The notes below the pieces were generated by a model, which was not told the DNA's origin, did no database searches, and was given only the letters and a program-made list of their open reading frames with translations. 64,000 nucleotides of DNA, from NCBI GenBank assembly GCA_946965045.2, contig OX337242.1:1240001-1304000 (forward strand). Reading direction: 5' to 3'. Each line of letters begins with the position of its first letter. The stretch's first letter is position 1. The position numbers and the translations under genes are program-made. The DNA is from Epithemia pelagica (lineage: Eukaryota; Protista; Bacillariophyta). This document shows positions 12,384 to 23,197 of the stretch, one piece after another.

Positions 12384-13758
12384 TTAGATTTCTTGGTATA
12401 GTTGTAGGTTAGATTCAGATGGAGGTTTGTGGAGAGCGTCTGTGACTTCAAGCACAGTAGGCAGCTCTCCACGCTTTTCCAACTGCTCTTTGTTCATGTG
12501 TGGTATTTTGTAGGTGTTGTCTCCATTCTGCTCAATGATGCAGTTCAAGCAGGATTGTAAGGTAAGCCATGTCCTGTTTATCATCTCCTTTGGGTACTCA
12601 TCAAATGCCTTCTTTACAGTGTCCAACAGTGTCTTTTTGTCAGTCCCAACAATCAAACACCTGCTCTGCAGCGCCCTAAAAAACCCAAGGTCACAGATGT
12701 TGCAGTCTGGACTGTTAGCAGGTTGTGTGAAAAGTTGTGCCTTCAATCCCTGACTTGCTTCCGCTGATTCAAAGAAATCAATGATGTCAAGGTCGCTCTC
12801 ATACACGTGAGATTTGGCACCGTCTTGTTGGATCCTGATGTTTCTGTTCCTGCGATCACTTTCTGGCCAGTTACTGAGGATGCCTTCCACAACCTTGTGC
12901 ATTAATAAGTCTCTGTAGCACTCTCTATCGATAGACTTGTTTCTCCAAACCATAGTCCCTTTAGGCCTGTTGACAGAACTTCTCTTCGCTGGTTCCCAAC
13001 TCCCCACTGGCCAAATACCCACCTTACCATCCCACCAGGCATTCAACGATGGCACAAAACGAGGACGAGCAATCGCGCAAATGAACATTACCTTTGTTAT
13101 GTGGCTTTTGTGCTTGACTTTCCGGACAGGGTCCGGTTCATCCCTCGACATGATATACCTTTGGCCGTCCTTAGAAACAAAAAACCATTTTTCATCGACA
13201 TGCACAAGATCCATCATGTCCATGTACTTACTAGGACATGATGGGTCAACAAAGGAAGCAGCATAGTTGAGGCGGGTTTGTTTGTTTGCATCGGTGAGGT
13301 ATGGTTTCAATGAACTTGAATGACTTCGAAGTGTTCCCTCTTTGATCAACGTCTTGACATGGGTGTGTGAAATCTTACACCCAGACTCGCCAAGACCGAA
13401 GGAGAGTTTTCGGAGCGTAGTGCGCATGTGCAGTGGAAGTGATTTAACCCCTTCGGCAATCGTGTTTGGATTATACTTAGGGGGGGGGAGCACGGAATTT
13501 CGACTGCGACAAAATTTCAGGAGTGTGAACTGTGCCCTGGGCACGTGACTTCCGCGCGCGCGCCCAAAGTCTACTTATCGTTGAATGAGAGACCTGAAAA
13601 TCTTTGGCGACGCTCCTGATTGCACCTCTTGGCAATGGTCCTTCTTTCTCCATCTGTAGGAGCACCAAAATGGCCCGACCACGGCGTTGTGCTGGCATCT
13701 CTGGTCGCTTTGGCCCTCCAGGAGGGCGTCCTGGCCCTCTCGCTCTCGTAGGTGGCAT
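12384..13758 (-). pseudogene. Mariner transposase (DD43D), frameshifted near the G9 run at 13480-13488
   Basis: N-terminal HTH-like VAKDFQVSHSTISRLW in ORF 13477-13758. HVDEKWF, QQDGAKSH and NSPDCNICDLGFF in ORF 12384-13544; 43 residues lie between the 2nd and 3rd Asp. Confidence 0.88.
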
Positions 13759-13761
13759 CTA

Positions 13762-14193
13762 CCGTAATTTGCGCATTCCTGTCCCCCCTATAGTCCTGTC
13801 CCCCCACTCTCCTTAAACGTACATGGCCCCCTAACTTTTTATCTGTAGGTTCTTTCTGGGCTTATGGGTTACCCCCACATTCCTCACGTTCCGAGCTTTC
13901 TATCGCACTGCCTGACATTACATGAGAGTGAATCAAAGAGGAGAAACAAGAGATAAAGCATGATGGGTATTATGATTAGGGTTAAGGCTACGCATTGAAG
14001 CACGGTCTTTCCCCTGACTGGAATTGTGCGACCAAACCTTATCTACAACCCCGAGGTTGAAAATTAATTTACTAAGAAATTAATTGTATTGTGTGAATGG
14101 AATCTTAAGAAAAATTATCAAAAATTGCGTAGTCCTGTCCCCCTCCTCTTAATTTTTGTACATTCCGGGGGGACAGGAATCTGCAAATTACGG
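13762..14193. mobile_element. 432-bp MITE nested in the mariner, TA target duplication
   Basis: TA-CCGTAATTTGCGCATTCCTGTCCCCCC ... GGGGGGACAGGAATCTGCAAATTACGG-TA: ~27-bp TIR with 2 mismatches; no coding capacity. Confidence 0.85.
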
Positions 14194-15138
14194 TAGAGGT
14201 CAACCGGTACGCGATGAAAGTAGGTGCTTCCAATGCGTCCCCTTTTTCGATCATAGATGGTCAGGAATGCAAAATCGAACATATAAATTATATATCGAAA
14301 TGTTTGTACTGAAAAGAGCTATAAGCCTATATAATTTTTTTGACCAACGGACATACGCCCGTGAAATGACTTCAAAGACTCCCTCTTAGGAGTAGGAATA
14401 GATACTCGTGTGGAAACATAGGAGTAGTTTTGCGTGTACCCAGGTAGCAAAACTATGGTGATCACAAATCCCCAAATTTTGAAAATATCGACAAGCACCC
14501 CCCAAAAAGTATATTGTAGTCCCCCTTTTCAACAGTTTGGTCATCGCTGACAAGACAAATTTGCCATTATGCCCATCACATTGGAGATAAACACAATTGA
14601 ATCCTTTTGCCCAACAAGCAACATCTTGAACACAAACAAGATATGACACAAGTGAAGCGAAAGAAGAATACGGGCGGGGGAAAATGGCTAGTTCGAAGCT
14701 CATTGGTCCTTTTACTCGTCGTTCCATGGTTTGTGGCCATGTTTGGACCATTTCGTTTGTATGACGGTGCTATCGAACGAAATAGTGAAGGAAACGGTTT
14801 AGCAAAAGATAGCCTCCTTCTTCGAGAAAAACATTACGTCGTGGAAAGCAAAGATGACGACAAGGCTGAAGGCTCGGAAGAAGAAGACGAGGACAAGCCA
14901 GATGATGGTGAGAACGTGCGTGATGGCAGCACTGATCCAGCAGAAGAAGAAGAGGAGGAGGAAGAAGAAGAAGAAAAGGAAGGGGAGGAAGAAGAAAAGG
15001 AGGAGGAGGAAGAAGAAGAAGATAAAGAGAGTGAAGGTGAACAAGAGGAGGAAGAAGAATCCGTTGCTCGAAGATTGTCCAGTCCACCAAATGAAAATGG
15101 CAAGGATATGCTTGTTCCCAAAAGATATGTCATGGAAC

Positions 15139-15920
15139 TGTTAGAATTCTCACCGTCTATGGTGGTTAGATTCTACATCTCATCGATTCCCCATGTCACA
15201 TAGCCTCGTGCTATCGCATCATGCCATCTAGCTTCGAGCTATGTTCCCTAGCTTCGCGCTATATCGACCTATATTTCTTCGCAAATCATGAAAAGTGAGA
15301 ATAGATTGACGAACTCACTCTCAAGACTAAACTGGGTCGTGCGGTATTACAACGGACGTAAATTTGGCCGTTGCTCGGACATTATACTAACGCCCTAAGC
15401 GTACGCGCCCGAAATCATCGAGCGCGCCCAAGCGACATCCGAGCGCTGTCGGCATCTATCCGACCCAACGGTCTAAGTATCCCAAGCACGACACACGATC
15501 ACGCGAGACCATATTTCCATTCCCACAATCTCCAAATTGTCAACAAGCTGCGCGCCATGAAAACAACTATACCAACCCAAAGCAAGAGCTGTTGACCCTG
15601 TATATGTTATCCGTCCACATATACATGTCATATACATCACATGAATCGACTCCAACTATTCCAAACCTGTTGCCGCCAAGAACCTATGACACATGACCCT
15701 TGGCAGGACCGACATTTCACGTAGACCTATCGTAGTAATCAACACACAATCTAACAATATCACCATTTATCACATCTTCTTTTGTGTCCCGACTATCCTT
15801 CTGATAGACTTCAACTTGCTTGCTTCTCTGACCCTGAGAAGCTTGTATCGGTTGGTGACCTACCTGATTGTCTGCTCTACCGAGCATCAATGCCTCTGCA
15901 ATTCCAAGAGAATTGTAACA
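15139..15920 (+). repeat. 5' LTR (782 bp)
   Basis: TGTTAGAATT...AATTGTAACA; matches the 3' remnant and the solo LTR at 44948. Confidence 0.93.
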
Positions 15921-15940
15921 GATTAACAGTCTCAGAGCTT
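15921..15940 (+). promoter_or_regulatory. Putative primer-binding site complementary to the 5' half (about nt 21-40) of a tRNA-Asn(GUU)
   Basis: GATTAACAGTCTCAGAGCTT directly follows the LTR. Its reverse complement AAGCT-C-TGAGA-CTGTTAA-TC fits D-stem, anticodon stem and a CU-GUU-AA loop. Confidence 0.6.
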
Positions 15941-16034
15941 ATTTCCTTGTGGTTTCATTGATACTAACGAGCTTATCACTCCTGTACGACAGATCTATCG
16001 AGCCAACCTGCACCCCGGGCAGCCCGATACCCTG

Positions 16035-16736
16035 GTGCAGCAGGAACTGGTGCCGACGCCGAAGGCAGCCAACACATCGGTCAACATCTCCGTCGACAGT
16101 TCCAACAGCAACCCATTCGAGACTCCAACCCAGCCTCACGCTCCGATCCCTGCGCCGTTGCTTCGGCCCCCGAGTCCGCCTCGTCGGCTCGTCCCTTCTC
16201 GATCCCGTCGTACCACCCGGTTGATTGCTGATCATATCAAGTACTTCCGTCAACCAACTTGTTCGACCTTCGATCCCGAGATCATCCGTGGGGAGACCCA
16301 GATCGAACGCCAGTTCCAATCGGTGACCCACATCGTCGACCAAGAAGACATTGACCGTCTGAACGATCAACTTCATCGTTCTCCGAGGCGTCGCCTCATC
16401 TTGGCCGCCCTCTCGGGCAACCCCATCCGTACTGTCCACCTCCGCTTCCTAACCTTCGAGCGCCCAACTGGATACTACAATACCATCTACGTCGTGAACG
16501 CGACGACTTGCCCTCTGCCTCCTAACGTTGTACGCCTAGATAACTACGTTGCCTACATCCACGAGGTCCATACCATCGAGGACCATCGTGCAACTATCTT
16601 CCCTTTGCGTACCGAGGTCGAGAACCACTTGGCTGAAGGTGATACCCCTTCTTCTGTTGCTTGTGCTGCCCCATCTGAGCCTGGAAACGACTCTGATTAT
16701 TCGGAAGAGAGTGGGGATTCGGAGACCGAAGCTTAA
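16035..16736 (+). CDS. Extra ORF of unknown function between the 5' LTR and gag
   Basis: Stop-free frame from 15927 to 16736 with no ATG at its start; no recognisable domain. Confidence 0.45.
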   Translation: MQQELVPTPKAANTSVNISVDSSNSNPFETPTQPHAPIPAPLLRPPSPPRRLVPSRSRRTTRLIADHIKYFRQPTCSTFDPEIIRGETQIERQFQSVTHIVDQEDIDRLNDQLHRSPRRRLILAALSGNPIRTVHLRFLTFERPTGYYNTIYVVNATTCPLPPNVVRLDNYVAYIHEVHTIEDHRATIFPLRTEVENHLAEGDTPSSVACAAPSEPGNDSDYSEESGDSETEA

Positions 16737-17056
16737 TTACTCATAGTTAACTCCCGTCCTCTCAAAACCTTTCCAAGACTTAAACTCAACGCACATCCGG
16801 GAACCCTTGGTCGCACAACACGCCACACATTCCCGTCAAATCGCGAAAATTCGGCGAAAATTTGTTGAAACTCGGCGAAAATTGGTCGGAATCAACGGAA
16901 ATTTCCAGGAGTCGCACATCACAACACACATCCGGGTATCACATACGTGGTACATACGTGGCACACGTGGTACATCCGGGTTCACATCACATCACACATT
17001 AAATAAACCACATCACACCGCACATTAAATAAACATCGAACCAACCAAATAACACC

Positions 17057-20000
17057 ATGGATCCTCAATCACCCAAGACACCTACGACTCCTAAGGGAGA
17101 AGATAACCAAGACAATGTCTCGAACACAGACCTATTCGACCACATCATATTTACTGTCTGCCAATTCTTTACCAAAGAAAGGGCCGACTACTTAATGAAG
17201 TGGATGAAATACCATGGTTTTGAGAACATTACCCATGTTATCTCGTATATGCAAACTAATACCGAGGAATCCATGAACGAACTGACACAATACAAGGTCA
17301 ACAAACAGACACATGATCTACAAGGCCCCACAAGACAGCAGATCAAGCTCTTGGCTTATTGGGCCATATACAAGACCAATGAAATTCAAGACAAGCTATC
17401 CAATAGCGACTGGATGAACCTAACGAGGAAAGAGTTCAACATTTGGAGGATCAATACAAATTTCTCTAAGGGACCACCTAGCCAAGTTCCAGTCTCGCCA
17501 ATGAAGTCACCGTCATCTGTGAAATCTGTCAGCACAGTTACGGCCGCATCCCAATCTCAACAAGACCTTACAGCATTCAGAAAGGGAACTAAGCGCGACG
17601 CAACTGCATATGAGGTATTCAAGGATGAACGATACACTACGATTCATTCTGGCGTGTATTCAAGACTACAGCTAAGGCTCAAGGCCTATCCAACGTTCTG
17701 AATTTCAAATACACACCACCCCATGATGATGAGTATGCCGAAGAACTTTTTCAAGAGCAACAAGTATTTCTCTACTCCGTTCTTGTCCGTATCATTCAGA
17801 CTGACCAAGGTCGAGCCTATGTACGTGAACATGAACATGATGAAGATGTGCGTGCCGTATTGCAGAAGTTACACTCTTTGCATACCGAATCCGACCTAGC
17901 AAAACGAGAAGTCCTCCGTTTAACCAACTACATTTCCAATCTACGTCTTGACGACACATGGCGCGGAACAACACGTCAATTTCTTCTACACTTTCAAGAG
18001 CAGCTACGTTTGCTAGACAATCTAGTGACATTGTCTGATCGCATCCCTGATCATACCAGGATGACCTTCCTCATGCAAGCTGTAGAAAAGGTACCTGATC
18101 TCCGCCGAGTCAAGATCTTGGATAATGTGGTGAACACCAAATCCGGTGCAAAATCCCTTTGCTATCAATCATACTTCCGTCTCCTTCTAGACGCAGCTTA
18201 TGACCATGATCAAGCAACCCAGTCATCTGTTCATAGTCGCCGTCAACATGTCAAACAACATGAATCACTATATGGCCAAGATACAGATGCTGACATAACC
18301 TCACAAGATGATATGGAGTATCATGTCCACAACACCAAAGCGACATCTGAATCTCCATCCTCTTCGTCCAAGGTTAGTCTACTGCGTGACCTATGGTTCA
18401 AACTTTCTGAAGAAGATCGCAAGTTGATGATTGAGTATAACAAGATGATTCAAGCACCTTCATCAACAACACCGAGGAAAGTGCAAACACATGCCCTCGA
18501 CATTGATCCGGAACCTGATCCTGACCCCAACCAAGTTGCATCTGATGACGACTCACCTGGCGTAGTCCCTGAGCATCCAGATGATTCAGATCCGGTTACA
18601 CAATTTATCAACCAAGCCATGACGACTGATATCAATCACCCGGCAACTGACCTGACTAGTGTTCTTTCTGACGCCAAGTCCAAGACGAGCAAGAAGGTTA
18701 CTTTCAAAGCCAACATGCATAAACAAGCAGGACATGTTCCACGCTATTTGTTTTCCAGGAAATCTACTTTACCAGGAAATCAATTGATTGACCGTGGTGC
18801 TAATGGAGGACTTGCTGGTTCTGACATGCGCATCCTTTCTAAGACTGGCCGCCATATCACTATTGTGGGTATTGATAACCATGAACTTACTGGACTTCCT
18901 GTCGTCACATGTGCCGCAAAGACCAATGATGGACCTATTGTCGGCATCTTCAATGAATATGCTTATTATGGAAAGGGCTTATCTATCCATGCTCCTGGTC
19001 AATTCGAGCATTTCGGACTTGCTGTTGATGAACGATCTGTTAAAGTTGATGGTAAACAACGCATCACTACACTTGATGGTCGTGCTATACCCCTTCACAT
19101 CAAGGATGGGTTAGCCTACATCCACTCCTTGGGTATCCCCAGCGACGATGACATGAATACCTTACCTCAGATCATCTTCACGTCACCCGACACATGGGAT
19201 CCTGGTGTTCTGGACCATTCGTACTCTCCCACACCCTCTGACAATGATCCTGATTGGAAACACGTCAAGACTGATGGCAGTATGTCGAACCATCCATATG
19301 ACAACTATGGGGAGTACACTGATCGTGTTGTTTGTAACCTCAATCTCCTTTTGGATCTCCCATACGATCATGGACCTGACGACGCACCCTTCTTTTCTAT
19401 CTATGCTGACACAGAAGGTAATGATCCTACACTTCATGCCTCTGTCCACCGTCGTTACCAGGAAGCGTATGACTGGAAGAAGTTCCGTCCATTCTTTGGT
19501 TGGCAATCTGAAGATGTTATTGCCGATACGTTCAAGCACACTACACGTAATGGTAGCATTACTTTTGACCACGACACCCTCAAGAAACATTTCAAGGCTC
19601 GCAATCCGGTCCTTAATATACCTCGACGTCATGAACCCGTTGCTACTGACTCGGTTTTCTCCGACACCCCTGCTGTTGACCATGGCGGTAAAGTCGCACA
19701 AATCTTTGTTGGTCGAGATACTCTGGTTACTGATATCTATGGGATCAAGTCAACCAAACAGTTTGTCAATACTCTTCAGGACAACATCCCGTTTCGTGGT
19801 GCCATGGAGACTCTTATCAGTGATGGTGGTTCATCTCTCATCTCTCAAAAGGTCAAAGACATTCTTCGCACTTTGCTTATTGGGGAGTATCGGTCCGAAC
19901 CTTATCATCAACACCAGAATAAGGCTGAAAACCGTTACCAGACCGTCAAACGTATGACCAACGCTCTCATGAATGCCACTGGTTGCCCTGCCAACACCTG

Positions 20001-20210
20001 GCTTCTTTGCCTTGAGTATGTCTGTGACTTATTGAACCATACATCATCACCCACCCATTCCGGTCGCACTCCTCTTGAGGCTCTCTCCGGACGCCCACCC
20101 GACATTACTCATCTCTTGTTCTTTCCTTTCTGGGATGAGGTTTACTACCGTGTCGACCCCGCTGAACCCAATTCCGGTTCATATCCATCTTCATCTGATG
20201 AGAAACTTGT
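17057..20210 (+). pseudogene. Copia gag-protease-integrase, frameshift at ~17635, truncated in the integrase
   Basis: Gag motifs FRKGTKRD and KTTAKAQGL (in different frames); protease LIDRGANGG; integrase ATDSVF, LISDGG and HQNKAENRY. Fused directly to LTR sequence. Confidence 0.9.
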
Positions 20211-20372
20211 ATCACCATTTATCACATCTTCTTTTGTGTCCCGACTATCCTTCTGATAGACTTCGACTTGCTTGCTTCTCTGACCCTGAGAAGCTTGTAT
20301 CGGTTGGTGACCTACCTGATTGTCTGCTCTACCGAGCATCAATGCCTCTGCAATTCCAAGAGAATTGTAACA
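20210..20372 (+). repeat. 3' LTR remnant (last ~163 bp only)
   Basis: Matches ~15758-15920 with one visible mismatch (TCAACTT vs TCGACTT). Confidence 0.92.
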
Positions 20373-20986
20373 GGAACTTGATGGTTTGGACGGACAAGAA
20401 TCAACCGGAAAGGTGATTATTGAGTCAAGGCCAGGGTGGGCTCCAATTGGCGAAGCTTGAAAACCAAAAAGCCACAATCCGAACAAGAAGGGTGCACCCA
20501 GAGAAAGCTTGATGTATCAATTCAATGGAAACAAGAGAGACAAAGAACCACTGATGCTGTTTTTTGTTGTCACCTGAGGTCAATCATTGGGGGTATGGAA
20601 GAGTGTTGGAACGGATAATGACTTCTTCACTGTTAATAGCAAAAGGAACCGCCAAAAACGAGACTTGCAGCAATGCGTTTTGCAACGGGGCCACAGACAC
20701 CAATCACAGATCACAGCTTCTCTGTTGCGCTGGACCTGTGCACAAACTGACTGACAACTGTTTGTTGAAGAGCCCTCTTTCTCCCCAATCTCGCAGATTA
20801 GAGGCAATCGCAAATAGTAATGATCACTACAACAATCAACAAGGCAAATATGGAACGAGACAGCTGCTGTGGACCATACAAACAAAAGGGGAGAAAAGGA
20901 ACAGCAGATGAAAGGCAATCAAAAGTTTACAGGTAATGTTCTTGGGTAGTTGCAAGGTGACGGAGGCATCTCTCGGGCTGCTCTAG

Positions 20987-23117
20987 TGCCTTCACGGGTG
21001 ATACGGCCAGACCCTGCATTTTAGCGGCCAAATGACCATGGTGGTCTTTAACGATTACTAGCTCAATATAGCACCTCCATAGAAATGGGATGATAGAAAT
21101 CATCTTCATACAATGCTTTAGGTCCCCACCGGGCACCTTTTCCATATCTGCCATCGTCATCGAGTTCTCTCTCATCATTGTAGGGTCATTTTTTTTTTGC
21201 GATTTGGCCGCTAGATTGCCCGTTGGCCAGTACATTCACCATGCGATTTCTCCACCAATAATTGACCAATTGCCATGAAATTAAAATATGTTATCGACCT
21301 TAGTATAAATAAGAACACTATTGACCCATATAGGCTATCCCCAAGCATAGGATGCAAACGAGCTTCCACACCATTGCATCGATTTTTCGACGTGGCACGG
21401 ACCACATGAGATTAGCCTACTCATTCGTCGAAGTCAGCTCCATGAATACGGCCGCTCCAGACGTCCTACTTAGTAGTCTTTTATGTTAGGCTCTACTTTA
21501 GCGATCTGAGGTATCAGATCGATCATCGGTGATATGGCCATTGAGAAAAGGCGATCCATCGATGGACGCTTTTTTTCGACGCATCACACATACCAGGAGT
21601 TTTCGACCAAAGGATGACGAGACCCAGCTCCATGGATATGGCCGCTCCAGACGTCCTACTTAGTAGTCTTTTATGTTAGGCTCTACTTTAGCGATCTGAG
21701 GTATCAGATCGATCATCGGTGATATGGCCATTGAGAAAAGGCCATCCATCGATGGACGCTTCTTTTCGACGCATCACACACAACAGGAGTTTTCGACCAA
21801 AGGATGACGAGACCCAGCTCCATGGATATGGCCGCTCCAGACGTCCTACTTAGTAGTCTTTTATGTTAGGCTCTACTTTAGCGATCTGAGGTATCAGATC
21901 GATCATCGGTGGTATGGCCATTGAGAAAAGGCCATCCATCGATGGACGCTTCTTTTCGACGCATCACACACAACACGAGTTTTCGACCAAAGGATGACGA
22001 GACCCAGCTCCATGGATATGGCCGCTCCAGACGTCCTACTTAGTAGTCTTTTATGTTAGGCTCTACTTTAGCGATCTGAGGTATCAGATCGATCATCGGT
22101 GGTATGGCCATTGAGAAAAGGCCATCCATCGATGGACGCTTCTTTTCGACGCATCACACACAACACGAGTTTTCGACCAAAGGATGACGAGACCCGGCTC
22201 CATGGATATGGCCGCTCCAGACGTACTACTTCTTTGACCGTTACTATAGAGACTAAGTTAGGTTATACAAGTCTCAGATCCGGCATAGGGGCCATGGTCC
22301 TCATGATCGAGGCAATCATCCATGGACAATTATTCGTCGTGCCAAGGATTTTGGACCAATGGACGATGCCATGCCAATATTCGACAATGGTCCCTCCGGA
22401 CGTCCTACTTTTTTGCCCGTCACTATAGAGACTAAGTTAGGTTATACAAGTCTCAGATCCGGCTTAGGGGCCATGGTCCTCATGATCGAGGCGATCATCC
22501 ATGGACAATCATTCGTCGTGCCACGGAGCACAAGGATTTTGGACCAATGGACGATGCCATGCCAATATTCGACAATGGTCCCTCCGGACGTCCTACTTTT
22601 TTGCCCGTTACTATAGAGACTAAGTTAGGTTATACAAGTCTCAGATCCGGCTTAGGGGCCATGGTCCTCATGATCGAGGCGATCATCCATGGACAATCAT
22701 TCGTCGTGCCACGGAGCACAAGGATTTTGGACCAATGGACGATGCCATGCCAATATTCGACAATGGTCCCTCTGGACGTCCTTCTTTTTTGCCCGTTACT
22801 ATAGAGACTAAGTTAGGTTATACAAGTCTCAGATCCGGCGTAGGGGCCATGGTCCTCATGATCGAGGCGATCATCCATGGACAATCATTCGTCGTGCTAC
22901 GGAGCACAAGGATTTTGGACCAATGGACGATGCCATGCCAATATTCGACAATGGTCCCTCTGGACGTCCTTCTTTTTTGCCCGTTACTATAGAGACTAAG
23001 TTAGGTTATACAAGTCTCAGATCCGGCTTAGGGGCCATGGTCCTCATGATCGAGGCGATCATCCATGGACAATCATTCGTCGTGCTACGGAGCACAAGGA
23101 TTTTGGACCAATGGACG
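20987..23117 (+). repeat. Left TIR: ~465 bp unique + 4 x 190-bp type A units (21451-22210) + ~4.7 x 188-bp type B units
   Basis: GCCGCTCCAG at 21451/21641/21831/22021/22211; ACTATAGAG at 22243/22422/22610/22798/22986. Confidence 0.95.
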
Positions 23118-23197
23118 AAGCCGCGCTATGATCCAACTCTAAAGCTTATGTTTCCATATTTATCGTCATTGCTATACTTGACAGGCTTAACTATCAT

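Larger units (their letters stand above)
12016..14386 (-). mobile_element. Tc1/mariner element related to the plant DD39D clade, inserted at TA; absent from copy B
   Basis: TA at 12014-15 and at 14387-88; single TA in the empty site at 60956-57. Left terminus is CTCCCTCTGT (Stowaway/mariner-like). Confidence 0.9.
15139..20372 (+). mobile_element. Copia-type (CoDi-like) LTR retrotransposon with internal deletion, GGAAC target-site duplication
   Basis: TG...CA ends; GGAAC at 15134-38 and 20373-77; empty site in copy B; PR-INT domain order; RT and RNaseH missing. Confidence 0.95.
1..20452 (+). repeat. Segmental duplication copy A (left end outside window; expanded by TE insertions; truncated inside the cyclophilin gene)
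   Basis: Colinear and near-identical to 47865-61758. Offset is 47864 at the start, 48956 after a 1092-bp deletion, then 48944/48943/48942. Identity ends at ...CCAATTGGCG| (20452 vs 61758). Confidence 0.97.
14643..20452 (+). pseudogene. TM-cyclophilin copy A, split by the LTR element (14643-15138 + 20378-20452) and truncated
   Basis: Matches 61212-61758 on both sides of the insertion; the PPIase core is missing. Confidence 0.92.

Noticed and set aside
21451-23117. 188/190-bp arrays as CRISPR or as repeated 85-aa genes
   Set aside because: Whole units are near-identical with no unique spacers and no cas genes, in a eukaryotic context. The repeated ORFs are by-products of a unit length not divisible by 3.
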